Assembly (NCBI GenBank): GCA_000165425.1
Contig: CT868029.1
Coordinates: forward strand, 62,001 to 126,000
DNA length: 64,000 bases
Direction of reading: 5' to 3'
Origin: Paramecium tetraurelia
Taxonomy: Eukaryota
Shown: positions 1 to 13,103 of the stretch, piece by piece
How positions within the stretch are numbered: position 1 is the stretch's first letter
How the letters are laid out: every line of letters begins with the position of its first letter
Translations under genes and position numbers: made by a program
The notes under the pieces: model-generated
What the model was told of the DNA's origin: nothing
Seen by the model: the letters and a program-made list of their open reading frames with translations, nothing else
Database searches by the model: none

Positions 1-1009
1 AAATAATGAATGGAATTATTAAACTATTACATGTAATAATCATTATCTAATTTTAGCATTTGAATAGTGTAAATAGGGAATAACAACTGATACTAAAAAT
101 TTCGAAATTTCTTAGGTGAGTTTACTTAGTACTAAGATAAGTTTAGATGTTGAAGAAATAATTGAGTTAGTGATCAATAAGACTTAAGGACCATTGGTTC
201 AATATAAAACAAACACAATCAAGTTGACATCATGGGGAGTTAACAATATCGCCAGATATTCATCTTAGTATCTCACAATAGGACCAGCAGAACATAATTT
301 CGATTTTTGGGCAAAGGCTCCTGATGCTGAAATTCAAGTGTATTTCGTTTAGGATTAATTTTATCAAAACTGCGAAGTCGAACCTCTTTATGCAGTACTA
401 TCAATACCAGTCTATGTAATCTCAGAGACTTAGAATATTAAATACGCAATAAATATTAATGTCACAAATCAACTAAATGTAATTGGATCATTCAATTTCA
501 AATAAAATATTCTTGGAGCTTATTCTTCCGACATGACCAGTTTTGTATCTTATAAGGCTCCAATTAACATTCCGTAATTATTTAGTGTATTGAAATCATA
601 GACCTTGCGGGAATGCAAATTGGTTTGTGTTGACATAACCTTAATTCATTAAATTTGAATTACTAAAGACTTTATTATAATTAAATGCTGTTGATGCCTT
701 ATAAAGGATGAATCTGGATGGAACCTATTTGAATTTCATAAAAGGAGTAAGATACTGTTATAAATTTTGTAGAGATTCATTTATGCAGGAGAGGATGATA
801 TGAAGGATTATGATGATAATGTTGAATGGGCTGCCACGTGGGTAGCCTCAATAATACCTTGTTTACTATTTGCATTGGTTGTCTGCATCTATGGTTAATA
901 TGAGATTTCTAATATTGGGAGATATAAGAGGCCTTAAGCTAAATAGCCTGAAGGAATGGAATAAGAATCACTAAAATAAGATGATGCAGCTGATAAGAAA
1001 TTGACATGA
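1..1009 (+). CDS. 3' part of a single-pass membrane protein (5' end outside window)
   Basis: Open frame under TAR=Gln from the window start, with small introns (e.g. gtaataatcattatctaattttag). Hydrophobic segment WAATWVASIIPCLLFALVVCIYG is followed by a short charged tail and TGA at 1007-1009. Confidence 0.7.
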
Positions 1010-1074
1010 CATTATTTTCGATAAATTATAAAAAATACCAATATTTATATTTTATTACAGATCCCTCACAACTA

Positions 1075-1423
1075 ATGGACTAACCAAAGAAGACTCTCGT
1101 CAACCCAGAAACTAATGCTTATAACTTGAGTGGAAAGACTCATCCAAAAACATCAGTTTTCGTTGCCAAAATATATTTGAAGAGATTTGATGTTGTGGAA
1201 GTACATGCATTGGGGGACACAATCTCAAAGGCAGTGAGAATGGCTGAATAACTTCAAAGACAGAGTAATTATAATAAACTAACTCTTAGATTATGTAACT
1301 ATTGAGAAAATCAATACATTCACTCAGAAATTTGAGGATAACAGATCCAAAGTCAAGATTATTGTTACCCTAAAAGTGACTGCTGATGGAAAAAGGAGAG
1401 TCAACGAGGAGATAAAATAATGA
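1075..1423 (+). CDS. Alba-domain DNA/RNA-binding protein (~107 aa)
   Basis: MDQPKK...FDVVEVHALGDTISKAVRMAEQLQR...SKVKIIVTL matches the Alba motif (V.lhalG.aIskaV.vae). One 25-nt intron at 1265-1289. Confidence 0.85.
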
Positions 1424-1509
1424 TATTCATATAAATAAATAATAAAAAGTGTATATGTTGTCACCTCTTCGGTTTAAGATTTACTGAAATAAAATATTAT
1501 TAATTTCTT

Positions 1510-2490
1510 ATGAATCTAAAACAATATTTACATATAGAGGAACATAAATCTAAAGCATATTAGCAATTTCAAAATATAGAAGGTGAGGTTTATATGAATG
1601 GTAATTGATTCCTAATTATATGGAAAATCCATCATGAATAAGGATAAAATCACTACTATAATTTCAGAATACCCTAAAATAGCTCTTATACTCAAGAAAT
1701 AAAATTACTTGGTTGAATAATTAACTAATTAGTTTATCTCTTAATTCTCTTAATTTTTATAATTCTGAAGAGTTAATAAAATCCTATAAATTATCTAAAT
1801 AAAGAAGAACGCTATTAGGCGAATCGATTTTTAGTTGATGTCACATTATTAAAGATCTGATTGGGAGGATAGGTTAGCTAAATTTTTAAAGTAAGTTAGG
1901 CTAAAATTATATCATGTCGCCCTTCTAATATCTTGATTTATGAAATGAATTATTTCTATTTCTTTAAGTATAGGGTTGATATTTATAGTCTGAATTTGAG
2001 GAAATCTAAATTTTCAAAGTAAATAACATGAATAATTGGATTAATTTGAGACGAAAAAGATAAACTAAAAATGGTATTCATTAATCATAATTTATTTGAT
2101 TATTAAACTTAAGATCTCTGATATAATTTATCAATTACTAGAAAGGGATTTATGTATGCTCTTTAATAAAAAAAAGGCTGAATAAGTCTTTTATTAGAGA
2201 AATTTAATTGAGAATTATGAACCAATTATAAATTCAGATATTCAATTAATAAAGTTAAAGATGTAAACCATTCTATTTCTAAATATAAAAATTTTCAGTT
2301 GCATTTACTTATTGTTAATAACTAATATATTAAAAATAATAGAACTTAGAGAAATCCTAGGAAAATTAATATAACAGGAAGATTTTCGGCTTCGAAATAC
2401 TTTCACAATGTATATATTGAGTCCAATGTCGCACAATTAATTATTATGTTAATTGACCGCATGCTGATTTGCATCATTAAGACAATTTAA
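1510..2490 (+). pseudogene. decayed protein-kinase-like remnant
   Basis: ATG at 1510. Fragments resemble kinase motifs (QEIKLL, SCRPSNILI, LKISD) but lie in different frames, with in-frame TGA codons and an apparently broken intron acceptor near 1620. Confidence 0.4.
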
Positions 2491-2517
2491 AAGCAAAATT
2501 TTATTGAATTTATTTAT

Positions 2518-5362
2518 ATGAATTTAACATAATTAGAGTCCATCTTTCAATCATTTAACACTTATAAAACGCCTCCTTCTTAATGGACAATAGATCAAAT
2601 ACGGAATTTTTGTGATCATCACAAACTAGAATGGGCCAAAGATATTTTAAGAGTATTAGATTGAAGTTTATGATTTTTAGATTCATAATAATAAACAATT
2701 AAATGTCGATCATTTACTTTTAAATAATGTACTTGGTGCTAAACAGAAAAGACATCATGATAAAGTCCAAGATAAAATATCAATTTTAGAAGCATAAGGG
2801 TTGCAGAGTGATGTTATAAGGGAAGTTTGTTTGGCGAATTAATTCTTTTATCGAAATTTTAGCGATAAAAACATTCAATATCAAATCATTAAATTAAAGT
2901 TATGGTCTTTCATACTTAATATGTATGAAGCCAATCGGCAATCACTTAAAAGATTGTAAGGATTACATAGAAGTAAAATATGCACAAGAGGAAAATGCTG
3001 TCGATGTTCTGGACCAGAAGGAAAATGCACTTGTGAATTGCTATAAGAAATTCTTCAGCAAATCAATTGCTATACAAAGTAAATATTTATAGCGGACAAA
3101 ACAATTGAACATAGAAGAAATAATGACATCTATATAAAATCAAATCTCATCAAACTTTTATTCACTAATACATAATATTTACCTAAAGAATCTCCTCTTT
3201 TTTGGGATGTTGATTAAGTAAGTGTTCTACTAAAGATTGTTAAATTGGAATGCTTAGATTAACTTTTTAGATAAAACTTAATTGATGGATTTGTGATTTC
3301 AGTTTTGGGAAAATGCCCATTCACAGAAACTAGTCAATTGCTCAAACTGTTTGATTTCAATTTATCAAATAATACAAAAATTCAAAATGTTAGATTGCAG
3401 ACGCATTCTAAACTGACTTAACTATAAAAATATACCTATATTCAAAATGTGTTTTTAATGTTGTTTTATTTAGCCAACACATTAAATCAAACTATTTATA
3501 ATTGCTTAGAAATTGATCAATTTTAAACAGAGGGATAATAAATTAGCCACTTTGATTATTATGATTTATTCTATTTTAAAGCAAAATGTCCATAAATCTG
3601 GAAGAAATCTCCAGATAAAAAAGCCTAAACCTCAGATTCCTTGGAAACTTTTAAGGTCTTCAATTTAGAAGATGGCCGTCACGAATCAATTGCCATAGAT
3701 GCTTTTAGATCCAATTCTGTCAATCATGTTAAACCAAATGTTGATCATTAGAAAATACAAAAGGCTTCATCTGGAATTGAAAGCAGCGTACGCCAAAGAT
3801 AGGATCTCATATATTGCTAGAAAGAGTTGGAATAGAGGGCTTAAAATATTTCAATTGGTGATGCAGTTACTACTGAAACTACTACTACTGAAGCTACTCC
3901 TTTAATTGATTCTTCCAAAAGTTCAGCTGATAACTAGAAAAATATGTAAGAGTCTGTATATTTTCCATAAAATTAAGAAATGCAAGAAAGTGTTTATTTC
4001 TAAGTGCCCTAATAACAATAAATGCAAGAGTCTGTTTATTTTCCATAACAAGATGTTAAGCCTATGTAAGAATCTGTAATTTTCCCATAAAATGAGCAAA
4101 GATAAATGCAAGATTCGGTTTACTTTATTCCTCACTAATAGTAAATGAAAGAGTCGGTTTACTTTCCGTAATAAGAAAAGCAAGAAAAATAGCTGGAAGG
4201 ATCTGTTTATTTTTCTAATAAAATGTAAGCTTCCGTAGCCTTTCCTCAAAATTAAACGCAATAAATGCAATAATCAGTTATATTTTAAGATCCAAATAAA
4301 AATGATTTAGGATAATCAGAGATGATAGGCCAATCAGTAATGATGGGATAATCTATATTTATTAATAATAATAATAATAACAATAGTAATAATAACAATA
4401 ATAATAATAATAATAATAATAACAATAATAGTAATAATAATAATAAAGTTCAAGACCCTTTTAACAAATCGATAAATATTGAACACATTATTAATGAAGT
4501 CTAATAAGATAAGAAAGTATAGGAATTTAACTAAAAGTCAAAGGATACAAAGAAGGAAGAAATATAAAATAGAACACCAACAAGATAGAAAAGAATACGA
4601 TTAATTACATCTATTGAATAAGCAACTTTGTAAAGTGTTATAATGAATCCATTTATTCTAAATGTTAGTCATCAAATGAAGATAAAATCCGAACAATTTC
4701 ATAAAGTAAATTAAAAATTAAATTATATTAGATATTATTAATAAATTTGATTGGAGCAACATTCGGTAGAAGCCAGGATAATCAGTACGTTTTATAAGAT
4801 CAATCCAAGATCTCCTCAAAACATGCAAGGATCATAGTTGTAAATGGTATTTTTATGAAATAGAAAAGATAGGTTTCATTTATAGGATTTAGGATCTAAG
4901 AGAGGGACTTTTGTGAATGCCAATAAAATGAGAATAAAGAAGGCTATGGTATTTTATATTGGAGACAAACAAGCTTTTCAAATTTTGGAAGTGAATGAAA
5001 AAGAGGGGACCATAGTGCTTGCATTTGATAAGGAATTAATTGACACAAAATAAATTAATCTTAAAATTGGTGAAACTTGGTGTATAGGTAGAGATTTGAA
5101 GAGAACTAACTACTAATTCATAGGATACCCTATTCATCAATCCTTATCTTAAATTCATTGCATAATTTCTTATGTTTAAAAGGATGGGGTGGCTAAATTC
5201 ATTATAGATGATTAAAATTCAAAAAATGGAACTTGGCTAAGATTGAGCGACAAGAAACTATTAAGTGAACCCTAGTTACTATTGAGGAATAGTAAATTTA
5301 ACTTGGCTTTTGAGATATAATATGAAGTGATTGATGTTTATTATTATTAAAATAATTAATGA
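2518..5362 (+). CDS. SAM-SAM / repeat / poly-Asn / tandem FHA protein, with an unresolved frame change near 3550-3700
   Basis: SAM-like segments PPSQWTIDQIRNFCDHHKLEWAKDIL...VLGAKQKRHHDKVQDKISIL and WDVDQVSVLLKIVKLECLDQLFRQNLIDG. FHA1: TFGRSQD...ISSKHARI...LQDLGSKRGTFVN. FHA2: IGRD...LSQIHC...DQNSKNGTWL. The stretch 3586-5362 is open from an ATG to TGA after removing two introns. Confidence 0.7.
3943..4290 (+). repeat. about 9 imperfect tandem copies encoding MQESVYFP
   Basis: Recurrent atg(c/t)aaga(g/a)tc(t/g)gt(t/a)ta(t/c)ttt(c/t)cc units separated by Gln-rich spacers. Confidence 0.9.
4364..4445 (+). repeat. (AAT/AAC)n microsatellite encoding poly-Asn
   Basis: aataataataataataacaatagtaataataac..., in frame within the FHA gene. 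Confidence 0.95.
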
Positions 5363-6017
5363 ATAATAAAGGAAAATAAAGCATCTGGATATAAAAAGAT
5401 GGGCATGATGACCTCGAAAACAGTATATTAGTTAACATCAATACTGGTGAGAATAGTTAACCAACATCTTGTATTAAAGCGAAGAAAAATGAGAAAAAGT
5501 AAGCATGCCATTGTCACATCTTTTGATAGTCACAGTTTCTTAAATCTGATTTAATTGATATTAACTTCAAGTACTGAATTATTGATATTTTAACATTCTC
5601 TTTAAAATAAAAATATCCTTGAAATTTGCTAAAAACCTACAGGATTCACTTATAGCAATTGCCATCATTATTAATCACTAAATCTGTATTAAAATATGGG
5701 TTATCTGCAATATATTAGATTTGTAGTTGAGAATTTCTATTTTTAAAACAACTATTTTAGGACATTTTAAAGAATCTAAACTAAGTTAGGGGACTAGATG
5801 AATTAAACATTTATTCTAAGAAATTGGAATATACACTTATAATGGATCTCTCAATAATTAATATATCTACATATATATATATTACTCTCTACTATTAATT
5901 GAATATATATAAAAAATTAAATATTAGAAACATTTAATTAAATTTAAAGTATTAGATAATTAATTCTAATAATCAGAATTATTGAATATTATCTGACTTT
6001 AATTTATTTCTTGTAAT

Positions 6018-7412
6018 TCAGAAAAAACCTCCTGACTTAATTTCTGTTTGACCTGGATTAGACTTTTAAGATTGTATAACAGATTTTTGTGATTTTGGAG
6101 CAGATTTCTGGGATTTCTCACTTTGTTATCTCAAAACTTAAGGGAATCGTACTCTACTCTAAGTGTCTTAAAGAGAATTTCCGCGATCTTAAAATTCAAT
6201 GCCATCAGGAATGCTGATTTCTTTTAATGGAGCATCTGAGGGAGATTTAGTCAGTTACACTTTGTCCCAGGAATTGAGGGGTGGTTTTGGAGGCAAGGCT
6301 TTAATTATGTGATCGACTTCTGGTTTTTATAAGGTTAAGATGTCAAATTCTAGATTTAATGAATTTAACACTATTACCTTTGTCATAATTTTTGATCATA
6401 TCATCATATTTATGTCTTTTGATGAGTCTATCTTAAGTTCTCAATTGATCTTAAAGATCTTTTTCTCTGTATTCATTTTCTAAGACATGTCTAATTTCGA
6501 ATCGTTTTTTGTGGTTTCTATTGATTTCGTCAATCATTTTGATTTCTTCAGGGATGTCTTTAGTTTGATCCAAGTATACAGACTCTCTGAACTTCCAAGA
6601 GGGAGGAAACCTATCATTAAAGTGTTTGCCATGCTATTATTGATCCTATTTTAATTTCCTCAGTTTTATGGGATATTATACTATTAATATTGTTCTTCCT
6701 TCTCTTCATCATAGAATGCTCCTTAAACAATATCATAATTTCGAACTTTCTTGCATTTTTCATTAATGCCATTGATGGTGGCTTGATCCTTCTCTGATTG
6801 TTTGGTTTCATGATTTTCAAGAAATCTAAGTATAGAATAGTTGTTACTTGTTGGTAACAATATTGAAATCTCTCTTATTCCTATTGATCACAGGCTTTTC
6901 ATAAACCTTCTTCTAAACAACTACCTTCATATTTTTGTAATGTTCTTCGCTTTTTTTCTCATTGGTAATAATATTATAATCATTAAAATTGGGAGGTAAC
7001 TAGGGATGATGACACAAAAATACAAGACATTATTTGGTTTTCTCCCTTTCATCTGGTCTTTCTATACCTTGCACTTGTTCAAGATTAACTAAATCATATT
7101 CATGTAAATATTTCTTGACCATTTCCTACAGACCTATCAATTAATGCGAGTACCATTTTCTTTTATGCCAGAGTAGATGTCTTTTGATAATCCCTCTCCT
7201 TTTCTTTCACGTCTCTTTCAGCACTTTGGTAAGTTTACAACACTGGATTGAACTCAGTTTATTTCAATTTCATTTCCTTCTGAGTAAAGAATTTGGGCTT
7301 AGTAAACTCAATGGGTTGTTTCCGATTGACTTAATACCTAATTGAAATGATTCTTGAGATACTCTTTCAATTCTTCAGCCCAAGCTTTAGTATCTGCAGG
7401 ATCAATATACAT
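6018..7412 (-). CDS. uncharacterised protein with repeated [YF][ND]I[IVL]T motifs
   Basis: MYIDPADTKAWAEELKE... to ...EIKSGGFF-TGA. About 6 small introns restore the frame. Motifs YNIITN, FNIVTN, YDIVQG and FDILT. Confidence 0.75.
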
Positions 7413-7575
7413 TCAGCAGTTATTATTATAATAATATTGATTTCAATTAAAAGAGAAGACACATCTTAATTATATGTCTTGAATGAATCTTCGTTTAGAG
7501 ATCTGTTAGACCCTACAGAGTAAATTTTCCTGAGTTAATGAAAGCTGTTATTAAATTTAATAAAATACAAAAACA

Positions 7576-9614
7576 ATGAAGGTCTGTAAAGCAATTCTGT
7601 ACTTCGCAGTGATCGTAATTTGTTTATCCGCTTTCACGGGTATCTACTTGGGCAAACCAAATAAAATTGCAAGAGGCTTCGATAGTGACGGTAAGAAAAT
7701 AATTAATTCAAACTATTAGCTTATGCTTGTGGAGTAGACCCAGGTTTGGAGGATTATCCATACGCTTACTTCGTTAATCCTGTTCCAGAATACAAATATC
7801 GAATTGTGTGTGTGAAATAATGTCCGACATCTGACACCCAAGAGTTGGACTGTGCACCCAACACTCAAATACCTGACTGTAAGAAATTGACCTCGGTGTT
7901 GTACCCTGAAAAAATGGTTAGTTACTATGAGTCATTCAAATACAAAGGGAATGTGTGTATGCCCACTTCATTGGAATATTATCAAGGAGTCAAAGACTTC
8001 TCATCTCCAGGAATGCTAGGGATGATTATCAATGATGTCATGTAGACTTGGCATATCATTGCGTTAATAAGTTGTTTCATTATATTTGTTTGCACAATCC
8101 TGTTGGATCAATTAAAAGCTAACACAACATATGTAGTCTGGGCATTCTCCTTGTTTTCTTTACTTATTGTGGGCATTATTGGCATCTATTTCATTTCCTA
8201 ATGGAATTTTGCGAGAAACTATGAAACTGAATAGGCTATCATTAATAATTTCAAGGTCGATGAAGATTACATATACAAAATGACTAACAAACCTAATGAG
8301 ACCCTGAATTTTGTATTTGGATGCATTTTTGTGTTAACATTTTTGTATGGAACATATTGGCTCTACAAAAATTCAGATAGAGTGTAAGATTTGGCAGACA
8401 TTTTTGAATACGTTGAATAGTTTATGGCAGATAATCAATTTTTACTACCCTTAAATTATGTATTCTTGGGATTCTTAATTTCCTTTATATTACTTTTGTT
8501 GCTCACTTGCTTGTAAATATTGATCATTACATTAGGTTTCTAGGTTCTACATTCAAACTAAAGAGTGATTCAAATTTGGGTCCATTTGAAAAAATCGAAT
8601 TAAATACAATTATTACACTGTCTACCAGTTCAGTCATTATTTTTGTAATATGGATCATCTATATCATCAATGGTTGTTACTTATCAATCATCTTCAGCAA
8701 TTTTAAAATTTGGGTCAACAATAAGATTAGTCCCAATCAACCTCAAATAGGAGATCCCCTTGAATTAGGTATGCTGATACTCTACTGCTCTAATGCTGTC
8801 CAAAATCTAAATCTATAAGTTATCAGCAAGATCTCATTCATATTATTGTTTTCTCCGGTCAAATTTATTTTAGACTTTATCAAAGATACCATCGATAATT
8901 TATTTAAGGTAAGGTGCAATCCATTCAAATCATTGTCAAGTAATCTATTCTCCCTATATCTTAAGCCATTGAAGAAGTGTTGTATTATGAAGTCGATCTA
9001 AATCAAGATGATATCGGTCCTGCTGTTTAAAAAATTAAGGATTCATTAGAAATTAATGAAGATGGGGAAGCATTGAACACTTTCGAAATCATTAGAAATA
9101 TTAATGACTTCTTTTTATTGATCGTCAAGGTATTTGCTTGCCTTATTTGTGTTTCTTTGTTCTTGGCAATTCTACTCATAATAAACTCGATCAAATAACA
9201 ATTTCCCATACTTTAACAAAGCATTTAGATTAATCTATATTAACCCTTAATACCTGCTTTTATTGTTGGAATCATTGGGTACATATTATTATTAATATTA
9301 TAGATTCTAAATTGCATAAATCTACTTCAGTTAGTACTCTGTGGTTCAGTGTTTTGGATATGTTTATATTGCTGCCTAGACCGAGGCTTAGAACGAATAT
9401 AACTCTTAAAAAAATAACCATTAAGGACCTAATAAATTTGGAATTGGAGATTTTTTATAATCAAACACTCAATAGTTACTTAGATATTTGAATTTGAGGA
9501 ACAAATTCCCAGTATTTAATCATATTATAACAATTTTAGGAATTAAAATAAATGATAGAAAGATCTCTGCCAGATTTACAAAGGAGAAACTAATAATAAT
9601 AAAATAATGTTTGA
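7576..9614 (+). CDS. choline transporter-like (CTL/SLC44 family) multi-pass membrane protein, divergent
   Basis: GKPNKIARGFDSDAYACGVDPGLEDYPYAYF...VCVKQCP is typical of the CTL first ectodomain, followed by many TM segments. The true start may be ~100 nt upstream. Confidence 0.75.
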
Positions 9615-9991
9615 ATAAAATGAATTTATAATGGATTTCTAAAAGAATAATTTTTCATCTATTTTCAAAAATTATATGGTTATTTTTAAATATCATACCA
9701 ATATTATGATAAGTTAGAAATTCTATTATGAATTACTTATTTTTTCAAATCAAATAGTTTTGCTGATCAAGTTTTGAGAGTTTATGGAAAATAAATATTA
9801 TTTAGTAACTTTAAAGAGCAGTAGAATATTATAGAGTAAGGTTAATTCACAATCTAGCATTTATTTGATTCTTTCTTTTAAAAATCATTGAAGATTACTC
9901 AAAAAACTAAATTTAACTAATCACTATTCTTATATCATATTTTATTTTTACTAAATATTAAAGTGATGAGAATATTATAATTATTATATAT

Positions 9992-10343
9992 ATGAAATAC
10001 TTGATTTTTTTAACTTTCGCAATGATAAACTGTTACGAAATAAGTTTAAGCGAGGTATAGGATTGCGTAGCCAAGAATTGTGATAATGTAAAACGAAATT
10101 AAATCAATTTAGGAAAATTCAAATTGCACTAAAGACAGCACTTGTAATCAAGCCTTAAAAGATTTTAATGAGTGTTTTATGGCCAATTAACATAATGCCA
10201 CCTATCCTTACGAAGAATGTAAAGGAGTTTCGAACACTGCATATTCAACATTAATGACATGTTATGAAAATTGCGATTACAACTTAATCCTTTCAGAGTC
10301 TATTCTAGTTATGACTATTTACATATTTTTTATGGTTAACTGA
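9992..10343 (+). CDS. small secreted, probably GPI-anchored, Cys-rich protein
   Basis: Signal peptide MKYLIFLTFAMINC, 8 further Cys, hydrophobic C-terminus SILVMTIYIFFMVN, one 25-nt intron. Confidence 0.8.
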
Positions 10344-10505
10344 ATTTGTGAAGCATTATCATTTAATTATTGTATTTGTTTGGTCTGCATATTTATTAAA
10401 TTTTACGTATTTTTATTAGGAAATCTATAGAAACAAAATATGTTTATTTAAAAGAAAACATTTGTTTTTTATATAAAAATAAATGATATTATGTAAAAAC
10501 CATCA

Positions 10506-11672
10506 TCACAGAATCATTGCCAATAAAACAAGAGCCCCGATGAATATCTATTTAGAATCCAATGATTCTTCTGTTTCATTGCATGCGTCACTTGAATAGC
10601 CGTTGGCTTCCTTTTATTCTGCACAAGTTGCGCATCTGTCTTCTCCTTCAACTTTGATACAAGTAATTTCATCAGTTTCACCAGAAATAGTATCATAAGT
10701 AGTCTAGACCAATAATCTTCTATTTCCTGTGGCAGTAGTTGAAAGTACTGAAGTAACTTTGATGACTACTTTTGTCCAAGCAATTTCAGCTTTTAATTAA
10801 AGAGTCAATTAGCCTTTTACACTGTTGCTGAAACTCACTATAGAGGCCTTTTTGTTAAGCCCTTCTCCTGTATACCAAACTTCAGGATTTACAAGGTAAT
10901 ATCCCTCCATGCCTTTGGTATTAATTACCTATTACAAAACAAACTAATCATTTAAATGAAGATTTGGAGTAACGAATTCAGTACAAGTTAAATCTTTACA
11001 CCATTTGAGGGATGTATCAGCATGAGCAGTGCATTGATCTGGATTGCATTAGGCAGTAGAAGTTTAGCTCAAAGGTTTAAAGGCAGTATCCAATGCACTT
11101 CCAGTAGCTTTGTCAATAGTGACTGAAAATTAAAAAAAGAAGGTATATTGAAGTTGATCTGTTCCAGCTGCATAGTAGGCGATAGCAAAGTACCCATTAT
11201 AGATAAATTGGTTTGAGTTAGTAGTCTAGACCAAATATTGATTTAATTCTTCTCCTTTAATTGTGAAAGAATAATATCTCCATTGCTTCTAAAAGTTATT
11301 GGAAGGGACTATAGTAAGTGTAGTTACTTCACTCTTGTCAGCATAGGCTGATGAAGTATATTTAAATAGTTTCATATCCAAACAAGTTTGCTCTGGTGTA
11401 TTTCCATCCTGTTGGACTAATCCATAATATTTAGGATCATTAAAGGAAGCAACATCAGAATATCTAACATTGACTTTAACATTTGCAGTTCCTCCGATAA
11501 AAGAGACATCTCCAGCAAAGGCAATTTTGGATGCTCCTGATCCATCAGCATTATCAGCGGTACCAAACTTCTCCAAAAAGATATTGCATTCTTTTGAATT
11601 AAAATCTAATCTAGCACATAAGGTTGTTGCCAGGAGAACGGATAAAAGTAGAATTGTTTTCGTACTTTACAT
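10506..11672 (-). CDS. surface protein with signal peptide, NRRLL motif and GPI-like C-terminus
   Basis: MQSTKTILLLSVLLATTLCA...ATGNRRLLVQTT...QIFIGALVLLAMIL-TGA. Open under TAR=Gln. Confidence 0.8.
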
Positions 11673-11899
11673 TTTGTTACTAATATTAACGATTTTAAGG
11701 TATAATGCTGCGATTTATATGGTGAAAAATGATATTTAGTATATATTATTCTATTTAAAACATAGTATTTCTATCTGCAAATAAAATTATTTGATATTTA
11801 TATATTATAATATTTAAAAATTCTATTTGATATTTATAACAAAATCTTAATATAGAGATATCTAATTAGTTAATTTACATTAGAATTGGCTAGAGACCA

Positions 11900-13060
11900 A
11901 TGTCTTAATAAAATAGTAGCCAGATATTGATAAATACTTGCGTCTCTATAATTCTTTCTGAAATTTAATATAAGTAGATTTAGTTTTATTAAAATAATCC
12001 TATTTGAAAGATAATAATATTTCTACAATGGGAGTCAGAAAGTTTCATTACTATGTATATAATATTTAAGATCTAACAATCATCTAGAATAGGATGAATT
12101 AATTATTTACCATAAATTATATTTATCTTTAATCTAAACTATTCACTTATACGGAAGTCTATAAAAAGCATAAAATAATTCATAATGTCAGAATATTCAA
12201 TATGAATGAGAACAGCAACTTACGAACTGAGGCAATTATGATATTGGATTTAGTAGATATAGATTTTTAGTTATTGTGCCAAATAACTCGTTTGAATTGA
12301 ATTTAGTAATTACAGAATACAATACAGAATTCTAGCAGTATTTATTAAAAGTACTTCATTATTAGTTTAATATTTAATATCCTATTGATAATACAGATTT
12401 TCAATTAGAAAGGTTTATTATATTAAGGATTAAAAGTCATTCCTTTTGGATCTAAGGTAAATTAACCAAAATATTAACAGCCTTGAGGAATATGATGGCT
12501 GTTAATCAAATAAGTTAGAGTAATTTAAAAAAAAAACTCAATAAACAAGATGCTGATCCCTATTGTAAAATAAGATTTAAATGACAAAGCAAAAGAATTT
12601 ATAAATGAAGTCAATTTTAAATCCATAAGAAATTATGAGAGTGATTTTAACAGAAATTTGGTCACCTTATTTTATATTTATCAATAGGATTACTTATAAA
12701 TTAACAATCTATAATTAAACTTGGATTTAAATAATAAGTAAGATTTATACAATGATCTAAGGTAAGTATACCAAAATAGTATGAATTTTTTTAGTTCACA
12801 CTTTTTTTATTAAATAACTACACTTATTTTGGATGGATTTAATAAGCTAGTAAAAATATGATTAATAAGGTGATTTGGACAATTAGAAGTAATTTCATAT
12901 TTTGAAAGAGATTATAGTATATGATTTATGCATAACCACTTTTAATTATATAAAAGAAGTCAAAAATAAATATTATAATAGAAAAGTATAAATTATGAAA
13001 TAGTGCTTTTATGAGAATAGAATAATAGAATCTTAAATTTTTTATCTTTTAGTCAGATTG
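11900..13060 (+). pseudogene. possible decayed gene remnant
   Basis: About 1.2 kb with coding-like patches and intron-like gtaa..tag pieces, but no continuous frame. Much longer than neighbouring intergenic gaps. Confidence 0.25.
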
Positions 13061-13103
13061 AATAATGTAAATTTATATTTAATATTATTTTAATCTACAT
13101 AGA

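Noticed and set aside
3699..3905. ORF ending LLLKLLLLKLLL
   Set aside because: Off-frame reading of the Thr-rich act-act-gaa stretch of the FHA gene.
3923..4270. 115-aa Leu/Arg/His-rich minus-strand ORF
   Set aside because: It is the antisense shadow of the MQESVYFP repeat array on the plus strand.
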